From positions 62,001-126,000 of the IMG/VR virus record IMGVR_UViG_3300036770_007547: DNA of 64,000 bases. One strand, written 5' to 3'. This document shows, one piece after another, positions 1 to 9,394 of this stretch; the first letter of the stretch is position 1; every line of letters begins with the position of its first letter. Under the pieces are notes generated by a model that was given only the letters and a program-made list of their open reading frames with translations, searched no databases and was not told the DNA's origin. The translations under genes and the position numbers were made by a program.

Positions 1-110
1 CCATACATGTCGCCGTGTATCACACAGGCGCAATCGATGCCATTGTTGGGATCGCGCAGTTCGGTGGGCGTCAATCTTTCGAGAGCTTTCCTGCCAGCCT
101 TTTTAGCCAT
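1..110 (-). CDS. Probable glycosyltransferase, N-terminal part only (runs off the window start)
   Basis: Manual translation from ATG at 110: MAKKAGRKALERLTPTELRDPNNGIDCACVIHGDMY..., open to the edge. Resembles N-termini of phage GT-A proteins; sits in the glycan island. Confidence 0.45.
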   Translation of the reverse strand, partial: MAKKAGRKALERLTPTELRDPNNGIDCACVIHGDMY

Positions 111-931
111 AGTCCTTGTCTAATCTCTTCTACTGTGTATTCGGTGTGACTGATCTCGATCAACCATTGATTCCGATCAGGCACTTCGGCATCTTCGATG
201 TCTGCTATACTTATTGATACCGGATGTGCCAGGCTGGACTGATCCACAACAACGGGTGATCCGCGCAATGCAGCCTGTATGCCCACTCCACTGTTGTAAT
301 TTATCACGGCGTGATAGTCAAACTTGAGATCGTAGGTGTCATACGTGGTGGGGAGTCTGCGCGGACTTTCGATGCGAACATCTCCTGCATAATTTATGCG
401 TTTGTGATTGATGCGGCTGCGCGGGTGTGGTCGTATCACCACTGGACGGTCTGTGTATCTTCGCAGCTCTTGTATGGTGGAATTGATCCAGGATTCCTGG
501 CTGACCATGCTGTCGGTCTGCAGACTCTGTTGATGCTGTGAAGCTATCAATATCGCGGGGTTGGTCTGTGATGTTTCAAACAAGGCCAAGCCCAGTTGTT
601 CGGGTCTTTTGGCATCGAGATCTTCGGTGTGTCCATAATAACCATCGGCCGTGATGTTGTTGATGGCCACCTTCCAAGTGGTGCCACGATGCAGAGCGCC
701 CACATCGACCACGATCACAGGACGGCCTTGATCGACATAGTGTTTGTAAACCGATTGATTGGGTTTCATCCTTCCGTGCCACAGCACGCTCCATATCACG
801 GCAGCATCAGCATCATAAGAACCGTCCACGGTTCTGATACCGGCCGCCCGTGCGCTGTCCAACAGAGCTGACATGGCACTGCCGCTGTTCTGTGCGCATT
901 GGAAAGGAAAATAGGCTAAGGTTTCGATCAC
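71..931 (-). CDS. KpsS/KpsC-like (Capsule_synth) glycosyltransferase-family protein
   Basis: Motifs TDRPVVIRPHP, VINYNSGVGIQAALRGSPV, DRNQWL; paralogous to four neighbouring domains. Confidence 0.6.
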   Translation of the reverse strand: MIETLAYFPFQCAQNSGSAMSALLDSARAAGIRTVDGSYDADAAVIWSVLWHGRMKPNQSVYKHYVDQGRPVIVVDVGALHRGTTWKVAINNITADGYYGHTEDLDAKRPEQLGLALFETSQTNPAILIASQHQQSLQTDSMVSQESWINSTIQELRRYTDRPVVIRPHPRSRINHKRINYAGDVRIESPRRLPTTYDTYDLKFDYHAVINYNSGVGIQAALRGSPVVVDQSSLAHPVSISIADIEDAEVPDRNQWLIEISHTEYTVEEIRQGLWLKRLAGKLSKD

Positions 932-937
932 TAAATA
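932..937 (+). promoter_or_regulatory. T4-like late promoter core TAAATA for the plus-strand three-gene block
   Basis: ctaaata in the short divergent intergenic region upstream of 970. Confidence 0.5.
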
Positions 938-969
938 TCCTCGGTGGTATCGTTTAATTATTCATTGTC

Positions 970-1824
970 ATGGCATCTACAGCAATTAACTGGACCTATC
1001 TCAGCAAAAAAGGCGAGGACGAGTACATCAATCGACTGGCGCACAGCGCCGGTGTCGAGCCCACGGCCATCGAAAACTGGAACTATGGTGTCTGTCCCGA
1101 TCACGGATTGGTGTTGCGTGGCATAATGAAACACAAAATCATGAAACAGTGCTGGCATGATCGTAGACCTTTTCGATACATGGACACCGGATATTTTGGC
1201 AATGCCAAGAGCACTCGTAATCCCAGCGGATTCAAGCTGTGGCATCGCATCGTGGACAATGATCTGCAACATGGAAACTTGGTGGTCAAACGTCCGTTGG
1301 ATCGCTGGGAACAGCATGGTATACCTGTACATGCCCGCCGGCATGGCAGTAAAATCTTGGTTGTTGCGCCCGATGAGAAACCATGCTTGTTCTATGACAC
1401 CACCTTGGAAACCTGGTTGGACAACACAGTGTCGCGCATCAAACAACACACCGATCGTCCCATCGAAATCCGACATCGAGCACGCGATGCTGTCAAAAAC
1501 AATCGCACCAAAGACAAGAGCTTTGACGCTGCACTGGAAGATGATGTGGCCGCGGTGGTCACTTTCAATTCCACTGCCGCGGTGCACAGCGTGATCCGCG
1601 GCGTACCAGTGTATGTCACTGCGCCCACCAATGCAGCCGAGCCGGTGGCCAACGGTGATCTGAGCTCGATCGATGCTCCGGGATTTCCCGATCGTGACGA
1701 AATCATGGCCTGGCTGGCGCATCTCGCTTACGGTCAGTTCCATGTACGCGAACTTGAAAATGGCACTGCCATCAGATTGCTGGAAGAAACACAATATCTA
1801 ATCAAAAGAGGACTACAGTCTTGA
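970..1824 (+). CDS. KpsS/KpsC-like glycosyltransferase-family protein
   Basis: YMDTGYFGN, TDRPIEIR, VVTFNSTAAVHSVIRGVPV; close paralog of the C-terminal half of 4092..5741. Confidence 0.6.
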   Translation: MASTAINWTYLSKKGEDEYINRLAHSAGVEPTAIENWNYGVCPDHGLVLRGIMKHKIMKQCWHDRRPFRYMDTGYFGNAKSTRNPSGFKLWHRIVDNDLQHGNLVVKRPLDRWEQHGIPVHARRHGSKILVVAPDEKPCLFYDTTLETWLDNTVSRIKQHTDRPIEIRHRARDAVKNNRTKDKSFDAALEDDVAAVVTFNSTAAVHSVIRGVPVYVTAPTNAAEPVANGDLSSIDAPGFPDRDEIMAWLAHLAYGQFHVRELENGTAIRLLEETQYLIKRGLQS

Positions 1825-2645
1825 CCTATACCATCGTTACCACGTTTCATGAACCCGGCTTGCAAAAATACGCACAACGCATGATCGACACCTTTGATCG
1901 ATATTGGCCACAGGATGTGAAACTGCGTGCCTATGCCGAAGACTGCGATCCCATGTCACCCAGTGATCGTATTGAAATTTTTGATTTGCACGAATGCTGT
2001 CCCAGCCTGGTAGAATTCAAACAGCGACATCGCGACAATCCTGTGGCCAACGGTGAAGTCATGAAGGACACCGGTGTGCCCTACAAAGACAATCATTTCA
2101 AATGGGATGCCGTGAGATTCAGCAACAAGGTATTTGCCGTGATACACGCCTCACTCAGCACCAACACCGATTGGATGATATGGTTGGATGCTGACACGCT
2201 CACGTTCGATCACATTCCGCCGGGATTCCTGGATTCCATATGCGATCCCGCTGCCATGGCCTGTTATTTGGGTCGCCGAGAAAAGTATCACAGCGAGTGT
2301 GGTTGGGTGGCCTACAATCTACGGCATCCCGACATTACTCAATTCATGCAAGACTGGAAGGATCTCTATGTCAATGACACTATTTTTGATCTCCGCGAGT
2401 ATCATGACAGTTTTGTGTTTGATGTTTTGCGCCGGCGCTACAGTGATCGCGGCACTAGATTCCACAATCTCACTCCGGTACAACCCAATGAAAAGGGACC
2501 GGGTCATCCATTTATCGCATCGCCGCTGGGACGGTACATGGATCATCTCAAAGGTGACACACGCAAGGACATGGGCAAGAGCCAACATCGCGGTGATGAC
2601 ACCAGTTACCAAGTACATCAAGGAGTAGGATATTGGCAGAACTAG
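1821..2645 (+). CDS. GT-A fold nucleotide-diphospho-sugar transferase
   Basis: WDAVRFSNKVFA, DxD motif IWLDAD, YHDSFVFD, C-terminal DHLKG. Confidence 0.7.
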   Translation: MTYTIVTTFHEPGLQKYAQRMIDTFDRYWPQDVKLRAYAEDCDPMSPSDRIEIFDLHECCPSLVEFKQRHRDNPVANGEVMKDTGVPYKDNHFKWDAVRFSNKVFAVIHASLSTNTDWMIWLDADTLTFDHIPPGFLDSICDPAAMACYLGRREKYHSECGWVAYNLRHPDITQFMQDWKDLYVNDTIFDLREYHDSFVFDVLRRRYSDRGTRFHNLTPVQPNEKGPGHPFIASPLGRYMDHLKGDTRKDMGKSQHRGDDTSYQVHQGVGYWQN

Positions 2646-3181
2646 CCGAACACCTGGGCGGTCATCTCAACCGCACCCATACCGATCGTGGAATCCTCAG
2701 ATGGTTCCTGGAAAATCACGACATCCGTTCCATGTTGGATGTTGGATGTGGCCCGGGCGGACAAGTCGAACTGGCCCGCGAATGGGGCATAGATGCCTGG
2801 GGCATCGACGGAGATCACACCTTGGACCGCCCCGGGGACCACTACATCATACACGATTACTGTGTGGGACCCAGCACTTTTGATCGGCCGGTAGATTTGG
2901 TGTGGAGCTGTGAGTTTGTGGAACATGTCGACGAGCAGTATGTTCCAAACTTTGTGGCCGACTTTGCTCGTGGTCGATGGTTGTGCATGAGCTACGCGCC
3001 CCCGGGACATGACGGTCATCATCATGTCAATTGTCAGCCCGAAGACTATTGGATCGAGTGTTTACAACAACACGGCTTTCGTTATCGCTCGGATATCACG
3101 GCACAAGTGCGAAGAGCCAGTACTCAGGCCAAAAAATTCATGCGCAAGCGTGGCCTGGTGTTTGAGTCTACGTTAAGGTAG
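2633..3181 (+). CDS. Class I SAM-dependent methyltransferase
   Basis: MLDVGCGPG motif I; DLVWSCEFVEHV; GHHHVNCQ...YW. Confidence 0.85.
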   Translation: MAELAEHLGGHLNRTHTDRGILRWFLENHDIRSMLDVGCGPGGQVELAREWGIDAWGIDGDHTLDRPGDHYIIHDYCVGPSTFDRPVDLVWSCEFVEHVDEQYVPNFVADFARGRWLCMSYAPPGHDGHHHVNCQPEDYWIECLQQHGFRYRSDITAQVRRASTQAKKFMRKRGLVFESTLR

Positions 3182-4084
3182 TCGTGCTCGCATGAACCGC
3201 CAGGCAGTGCCGTCTCTGACTTCGTTCCAGTCAAAATGACACTGTGCCAGGCGGTGATAAAAAGTATTTCGATCTCCCATCACAGGATTTTCCAACATGG
3301 ACAAGTCGGTGTTGGCATCAGGCCAAGACTGGCTGCGTTGTGGAACCGGATCAGTGACCCAGGCCGGTATACCCCACAACATGCTGGCAACACTGGGACT
3401 GCTGTTATAAGTGATGGTGGCCCAGGCACGGTCGAAATCGGCTCGTATGTCTGGCGATTGGCTTATTTCAATGTCGGGCCAGCGTTTTTGTAGCTCGGGT
3501 ATGATTTGCTGATTTCCCGGATGTGCTCGCAACAGTATGGGTCGATCGCTGTTGGCACGGATCTGTGGCAAGATGCTGTCCAACCATTCCATGACACCAA
3601 ATCCGTCCATGCTCCAACCGCCGTCTCGCTGCAAACAGATCAGTATATTGCGTCCGTTGAGGCGCCATGGTCGTTCTTGGAATCCATAGCTTTTCTTGAT
3701 GTGTTCCCAGCGGGCAGCATCCACGTCTCGGTTGAAATAGTACCCCGTGGTGGGGAATATACCATCCAAGCTGTAGCGCAGGAAACGATCTCGATCGTTG
3801 GGCATGAGAAAGCCATAGAGATTGCTGTCCATGACCAGCACACGTTTTCCGGCTCTACTCTGTGCTTTGATCACGGCCTGCCGCACACGGAGGTGCGGGG
3901 CCGATTTCATGCCAATCCAGCCCTGCAACACTGCCACATCAGCATCGATCACGGTTTGCTCGTCCACTACCCATACCTCGTCGCCGGCTGCTTTGGCGCC
4001 GTGCGCAAACGTCATGAGATATTCGCGCTTTTGTTCCATCTTGGCTTTACTGGGCACAGCCGACAGGTAAACAGCTATTTTCAT
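3173..4084 (-). CDS. KpsS/KpsC-like glycosyltransferase-family protein
   Basis: SDRPILLRAHP, ITYNSSPSVASMLWGIP. Confidence 0.6.
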   Translation of the reverse strand: MKIAVYLSAVPSKAKMEQKREYLMTFAHGAKAAGDEVWVVDEQTVIDADVAVLQGWIGMKSAPHLRVRQAVIKAQSRAGKRVLVMDSNLYGFLMPNDRDRFLRYSLDGIFPTTGYYFNRDVDAARWEHIKKSYGFQERPWRLNGRNILICLQRDGGWSMDGFGVMEWLDSILPQIRANSDRPILLRAHPGNQQIIPELQKRWPDIEISQSPDIRADFDRAWATITYNSSPSVASMLWGIPAWVTDPVPQRSQSWPDANTDLSMLENPVMGDRNTFYHRLAQCHFDWNEVRDGTAWRFMRARLP

Positions 4085-4091
4085 TGATTTG

Positions 4092-5741
4092 TCATCCCCG
4101 GCTTACAGATTCCCAAGCGAATCCACTCTGCATCTCCTGCACTGTGAACTGATGATAGCTGAGACAAGCCATGAGCGCACGAACTTCATCGGTGTCCGGA
4201 CATCGTGGATTTTCGATGTCAGCAAGATTGGTGTTGCTGAGATGGTGTGCGGCATTGGGTCCCATGGTAAACACCGGTTTTCCATATATGAGACTTTCCA
4301 CGGCCGCGATCGAATTAAAGGTGACCATGCAGTGTATGTCATTGGCCAAGGCCATTTCCATGGTGTCCACAGTGGCACGCACCGATCTGTTTTGCTTGAG
4401 CCTGACCACGATCTCACGATCGGTGTGTTGCTTGATCTCGGCAATGGTGTTCTCCAACCAAGACTCTTCTTCCAGACCCCAGTAACTCAATGCCTTGGCG
4501 CTGGGCGGACATATCAGTATCTTGCTGCCCGGAGTCATGGGCTTGATTTTGAGACCGATTCGATCTATGCGATCAGTGGGGCGCTTTTCGATGGCACCCA
4601 ACCATTGCATGGCGTTCTTGGTGATGCGATGCCATTCTTTGCGCTTGTTGTTTCCAAAATAACCGGTGTCGATGTAATAAAAGTCTCGTCCGGTGTCCAG
4701 ACATTGCTGCATGATCTTTTTCTTGGCTATGCTGCGCAATGCTATGGGACTGTCATGCCGTTCGATGTCATTCCAGGGCGACATGCTGCCGGCAGCACCT
4801 TGCACAAAAGCATGCACGATAGGATCCCATCTCGCACCTTTGGTCTTCATTTTCTTTGTAACATCCTCTTCCTCGCTGATACCAATCACTGGCCATTTGT
4901 GACGATCATCCAACCATCTTATCAATTGTGCCCGTGTGGCAGTTTCCCCGTACTTACCATTGGGATTTTCCACATATTCTAGAACATTGGTGAAAAAATG
5001 CTTGTATACCCGTGGAAGATCGAGATCTCGAATCGCTGTCACCGAAGTGTCTATGCGAGATTCGGTGACTTGTTGTTCGTAGAATTTCCAGAGATGACTG
5101 TAATCGCAGTTGCGATAGTTGTCGAACCAAGGCCCACCTTCGGTATAGTGCAGGGCGCTGGGTTTACCGTCCCAGGGCTCGTGATACCATCCCACCAACC
5201 AGTTCCAAGCCGGTGCCAAGGATCCAATGTCGCTGTCGTCCAACCATTCGAATCGATGGAGTCGACTGCCCGGCCATTCGGCGACAGCGGTTTCATCGAG
5301 CTGACGATTCTTGGGATGTTCGCAGTTCCAGAGTATCATGCTTGACCAGTTTTTCCTGGGATAATATTCTTGGCGTTGCCCATCCATCTTGGTCTTGTTC
5401 TGCGGGCGATAGTCATGCTTGACCACCATCACAGCGTAGCGATCATCGGCTTGTTCAAACAGTTTTTCTATGTCATCGATCCAGAGAAAATCACAGTCAC
5501 AGAACACAGCCCACCCACGATACTGCATGAGCTTGGGAACCAAGAATCTAGTGAACGTGAATTCGGTGCTGGCTTTTTCATCGGGCAGTCGAGTGTATAT
5601 TTCTTGGGCTCTCAGATCCTGTTGTTTCAGCATCTGTATGTCAAGCACCGATTCGGTGTTTTCTTCGATGCTGTGTTGACACACGTCTGCTGCTATGGCC
5701 TCTCGACTGTCCCACCCAATGAATACGTTTCTTATGGTCAT
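4092..5741 (-). CDS. Two-domain glycosyltransferase: N-terminal GT8-like/CDI-like GT-A domain plus C-terminal KpsS-like domain
   Basis: FIGWDSRE, STEFTFTRFLVP, FCDCDFL, YPRKNWSS, HYTEGGPWF; second half YIDTGYFGN...VTFNSIAAVES. Confidence 0.75.
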   Translation of the reverse strand: MTIRNVFIGWDSREAIAADVCQHSIEENTESVLDIQMLKQQDLRAQEIYTRLPDEKASTEFTFTRFLVPKLMQYRGWAVFCDCDFLWIDDIEKLFEQADDRYAVMVVKHDYRPQNKTKMDGQRQEYYPRKNWSSMILWNCEHPKNRQLDETAVAEWPGSRLHRFEWLDDSDIGSLAPAWNWLVGWYHEPWDGKPSALHYTEGGPWFDNYRNCDYSHLWKFYEQQVTESRIDTSVTAIRDLDLPRVYKHFFTNVLEYVENPNGKYGETATRAQLIRWLDDRHKWPVIGISEEEDVTKKMKTKGARWDPIVHAFVQGAAGSMSPWNDIERHDSPIALRSIAKKKIMQQCLDTGRDFYYIDTGYFGNNKRKEWHRITKNAMQWLGAIEKRPTDRIDRIGLKIKPMTPGSKILICPPSAKALSYWGLEEESWLENTIAEIKQHTDREIVVRLKQNRSVRATVDTMEMALANDIHCMVTFNSIAAVESLIYGKPVFTMGPNAAHHLSNTNLADIENPRCPDTDEVRALMACLSYHQFTVQEMQSGFAWESVSRG

Positions 5742-6520
5742 TATTTCCTCTCTATGTCATCTTCTTGGCAGTCATCGCCGTACTGTATTTCGACTATGCG
5801 CAATTCTTGGGCAGTCTCGTTGCAGAGGCGGTGCCATTGATTACGAGAGATATGTAGATGCTGGAACTCACTGTAATGCCCGAGATGCTCGATGTCTGTG
5901 CTCTTGTCATCAATGGTATAAACCGATGCTTCACCTTTGCTCACAAACCAGAATTCAGATCGGTTGCTGTGTCGCTGCATGCTGAGACATGTTCCGGGCT
6001 CGACTGTGAGTTCTTTGACCTTGACTTGTGGGCCATCTTCGTGCAGCACACGATAATAGCCCCAGGGCCGGTTTGTCTTGGGTGCTTTCCACTCTTCTAG
6101 TATCCAGCTCGAAGAGTTCTTTTTGTCCTCGCCGCCAACACCGAACTTGAAATCGATGTTTGGGTCCTGTATCGACATCTCGGGGATGTTGTCAGAGGTG
6201 CGATCCCCGCCATTGGCAAAGATGATGCGATTTTGTGGGTAACTGGCCCGCACCATCTCGATGGCCCGGCGTGCCGATCCATCGCTGTCATCGAAGTCGA
6301 TGACGAAATCCACGCCTGTGATGTGTTTGAGTATGTTGCCACGCTCTCTCAAGGGCATGAAAGCACGACCTTTCTTGCGTTCCAACCAAGCATCGCTGTT
6401 GACACCCACTACCAAGATATCGCCCATGGCTTTGGCTGCTTGGAGATAACTGATGTGACCGCTGTGTATGGGGTCAAATCCCCCGGTGACCAATACTACG
6501 ACTTTGTCTTTTTCGTACAT
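5741..6520 (-). CDS. Cytidylyltransferase-like (HxGH) domain fused to a type II mannose-6-phosphate isomerase-like cupin
   Basis: TGGFDPIHSGH, GVNSDAWLERKKG, FANGGDR; RPWGYYRVL...LSMQRHSNRSEFW. Start moved to ATG at 6520 (MYEKDKVV) to avoid overlap. Confidence 0.85.
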   Translation of the reverse strand: MYEKDKVVVLVTGGFDPIHSGHISYLQAAKAMGDILVVGVNSDAWLERKKGRAFMPLRERGNILKHITGVDFVIDFDDSDGSARRAIEMVRASYPQNRIIFANGGDRTSDNIPEMSIQDPNIDFKFGVGGEDKKNSSSWILEEWKAPKTNRPWGYYRVLHEDGPQVKVKELTVEPGTCLSMQRHSNRSEFWFVSKGEASVYTIDDKSTDIEHLGHYSEFQHLHISRNQWHRLCNETAQELRIVEIQYGDDCQEDDIERK

Positions 6521-6522
6521 TG

Positions 6523-8184
6523 TTATTGTTCCTGTTCCTGAAGACGAGAATCTCGCAGCACCCGGGGCCACCAATGCATGAGGTGTTCCCAAGGCAATCC
6601 TGCTTCAATCTCGTCGCGCCGCCACTGTGAATAGCCAAGATTGGCCAACCATTGATCGCGTGGTATATTTAAATTGGGTCGTTCGATGTCTAAAATATTG
6701 TTCTGGCTCACAGGCCAGGCCATTGCGCTCTGATGCAAACAGTAGGTGGGCAATCCATAACAAGCCGATTCAGTGAGGCTGTTGCTGTTTCCTCCCACCA
6801 CTGCCCAGGCTGTATCAAAGTCGCGATACAAACTGTCACCGCCAGATACCCAATTGTCGTCGATGGCGCAACTGTGATCGCTGACCCGCACATCTTTGAT
6901 GGTTTGTATGGCCGATTCGATTATGGGCAACTGCTGCGGCAGCCGGCTGGGATGAAGTCGTATGCGTATGGGACGATTGGTTCGATGCCGTATCATCTTC
7001 AAGGCAGTGAGAACCATGTTTTCGTAACTGCCCCACTTGTTTATGAGCGGGACCATGCTGCTGTCTCGCGGTCTTTGCATCATGAACAACACATCGTCAC
7101 CGCGTGGCTGCCAGGGGTGTATCTCGATGTTCTGTTCTTTTTGTATGCGATGCCATCGATCCGCGGGACTGTCCTGACGGAAATGTATGCCATCGTGATA
7201 GAAATAACTGAACCAACTCCAACGATAGTAGACTTGATCTGATTCGGGACGTGCTTGATTGAAACGGAACGTGGGACTTTCTACCACTATCCAAGGTCGT
7301 CGGCTCTGCGTGATATAATTGTAGCAGTCTCGGTAGCGTTTGGTTCTTTTGTTGTCGGTGTTGTTGTGTATGATCCACAAGTCAGGCAAAGGTTGGTCGC
7401 GTATGTCTTCCAAGTTGGCTTCTTGGATGTTGGTGAATTCAGGCAAAGGCAGTCCTTGCCACCAAGGACCCACCAGAGCCACGGCACGCAGTTCGGGCCT
7501 CACAGTGGCCTCACGCCGGCGAGCCAACACTGTGGCCTGCTTGACCTGTGAGTCGTAGATCTGCAGCATGTTGTCTTTGTTTTTCTGTCGACCTTTCAGT
7601 GTCAGGAATACCCCGGTTCCCTTGCCGATGGCCACCCATTCACCGATGTTTGATATGGGTCGTATATCAAACTCTGGGGCCAATTGTCGCAATACCATTT
7701 GATCGTGTCCGTAGATCCACTGGTCTATGGGAGTATCCAAGAGCCGCTGTCTCAGCACTTTCTTGAAGTCACTGTTGCTGCCAAAGGTCACCGCTCCGGC
7801 CAACCAGTTTTGCTGTTTGTCATGCCACAACATGTGCGGATGGGCAGCGATGCTTTCAAATTCTTCCGGGGTAAATGACCTTGTACACACTGTGTCTATG
7901 TCCAGACTCATCACCAGCTGATCATCATCAAACAGCTCGCTGGCCACCAAGAACCTCAAGGCTTGATAGTAGGCAGCACGATTGTCGTCGTGCAATCGAG
8001 GTGCCTTTACATAGTGGTATCTTGCTCCGGGTACTGGATCCACAGCACCACCCGACACCACCACAGTGATGGACAGCCAGTTGTTGTGTGCCTGTAGGCT
8101 GGTGATGAGATTGGCTGCCCATTCATCATGATATACGGGATCGCAGGCTACCAGTATGTTGTATCGATTTTTGATGTCATTCAC
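6523..8184 (-). CDS. Two-domain glycosyltransferase: GT-A domain plus KpsS-like domain
   Basis: N-terminal SLDID (DxD), W..DQ motif, FLTLKG; C-terminal TNRPIRIRLHP, NSNSLTESACYGLP, RDQWLANLGYSQW. Confidence 0.65.
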   Translation of the reverse strand: MNDIKNRYNILVACDPVYHDEWAANLITSLQAHNNWLSITVVVSGGAVDPVPGARYHYVKAPRLHDDNRAAYYQALRFLVASELFDDDQLVMSLDIDTVCTRSFTPEEFESIAAHPHMLWHDKQQNWLAGAVTFGSNSDFKKVLRQRLLDTPIDQWIYGHDQMVLRQLAPEFDIRPISNIGEWVAIGKGTGVFLTLKGRQKNKDNMLQIYDSQVKQATVLARRREATVRPELRAVALVGPWWQGLPLPEFTNIQEANLEDIRDQPLPDLWIIHNNTDNKRTKRYRDCYNYITQSRRPWIVVESPTFRFNQARPESDQVYYRWSWFSYFYHDGIHFRQDSPADRWHRIQKEQNIEIHPWQPRGDDVLFMMQRPRDSSMVPLINKWGSYENMVLTALKMIRHRTNRPIRIRLHPSRLPQQLPIIESAIQTIKDVRVSDHSCAIDDNWVSGGDSLYRDFDTAWAVVGGNSNSLTESACYGLPTYCLHQSAMAWPVSQNNILDIERPNLNIPRDQWLANLGYSQWRRDEIEAGLPWEHLMHWWPRVLRDSRLQEQEQ

Positions 8185-8945
8185 TGTTGGTCATAGTTTC
8201 TCAATGCCCGATCAAGCCAAGGCAGCACCAAGTCTCTTTGGCGCACTTGGCCATGACGTTGGTAGCTCTGTACCGCAGATTCGGGCAAGAGATCTAATTC
8301 GGCAAGATCCAACCATGTGGTGGTGCGTGGATCTTGCGGCAAGTGTTCGCTGCGATAAACTATGGCATGCAACCAAGGGTCGTCTGACTGTTTGAGAAAG
8401 AATCCATCTCGACAGTCAAAGCCAGATACAGCCAGGGCATGCATGAGACTCACCAATGTCCAATTGTAATACACATGGTCTCTCTGATCAAACGCCTGTG
8501 TGTTGTATTCGATGTTGGTGTATTGCGGCAGTATCAGCACCAACATGCCATTGGCATTCATCATCGATCGCCAATTGCGCAAGGTATCCAGGGGTCTCAG
8601 CGCATATTGGAAAGCGTCATGGCACCATATCACATCGTAGTGATGTCGTAGATCGACTATGGGTTGCTCGAAATCATGACATATGAACCCGGTGTTTCGA
8701 TGTCTCACCACTTGTCCGGGCTCTACTGTGAGGTCCACACCGGTACAACGTATGTTCAACGGCGCCGATCTTTCGTCGCGTGTGGTACGAGTAGACCACC
8801 ATCCCAGGTCTAGGCCTGACCCCGATCCCATGTCGCACACAGTACCAATGCTCTCCATGAAATCATCGTACTCGTACAGTGCTTCAAGTGTGCGCAGGCT
8901 GTGTTCGTGGCTTTCTTGCTCGGATGTAAAATACGTTCTCATCAT
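8181..8945 (-). CDS. Class I SAM-dependent methyltransferase
   Basis: VCDMGSGSG; YDVIWCHDAFQY; NGMLVL. Confidence 0.8.
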   Translation of the reverse strand: MMRTYFTSEQESHEHSLRTLEALYEYDDFMESIGTVCDMGSGSGLDLGWWSTRTTRDERSAPLNIRCTGVDLTVEPGQVVRHRNTGFICHDFEQPIVDLRHHYDVIWCHDAFQYALRPLDTLRNWRSMMNANGMLVLILPQYTNIEYNTQAFDQRDHVYYNWTLVSLMHALAVSGFDCRDGFFLKQSDDPWLHAIVYRSEHLPQDPRTTTWLDLAELDLLPESAVQSYQRHGQVRQRDLVLPWLDRALRNYDQQ

Positions 8946-9394
8946 ACCGATGCATCCTCCATGCCAGCAGTCCTCAATCTAACGATGTGACCACTCATCC
9001 ATTGCTTGCTGTCCAGACCCTTCATGATGCCCAACCACCGATTGCGTAGATAGGCCACTTCGTTGATGATGGTTTCAAAGTCAATGACTTCGTCTTCGCC
9101 GTCCACGTATTTCTCAGCATCACGAGCCGTGAGTGCCCGGGCATAGCCTTCCAGATATTTCTGGAAGTGTCGCCTGCGTATCTTCCTGAGCTGTATGTTG
9201 AGATAGTTGAGCACGGCTTCGATCTCTTGGAGTTGATTGAATCTGAACTCGGTGATGCCCGGGAGTTCTTTGATGTTGCGCTCCACCAACCCCCCGATTC
9301 GGCATTCTGCTTTGGCTGACTCAAGCTCGTTTTCATAGTGCGTGATGAAATCAGGGATGGCACCAAGATCGCTGGTGATTCGTCTAAGCCACAT
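8942..9394 (-). CDS. uvsY: Recombination mediator UvsY-like protein
   Basis: YLEGYARALTARDAEKYVDGE...KGLDSKQW...LRTAGMED; near uvsX. Start moved to MWLRR at 9394. Confidence 0.8.
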   Translation of the reverse strand: MWLRRITSDLGAIPDFITHYENELESAKAECRIGGLVERNIKELPGITEFRFNQLQEIEAVLNYLNIQLRKIRRRHFQKYLEGYARALTARDAEKYVDGEDEVIDFETIINEVAYLRNRWLGIMKGLDSKQWMSGHIVRLRTAGMEDASV

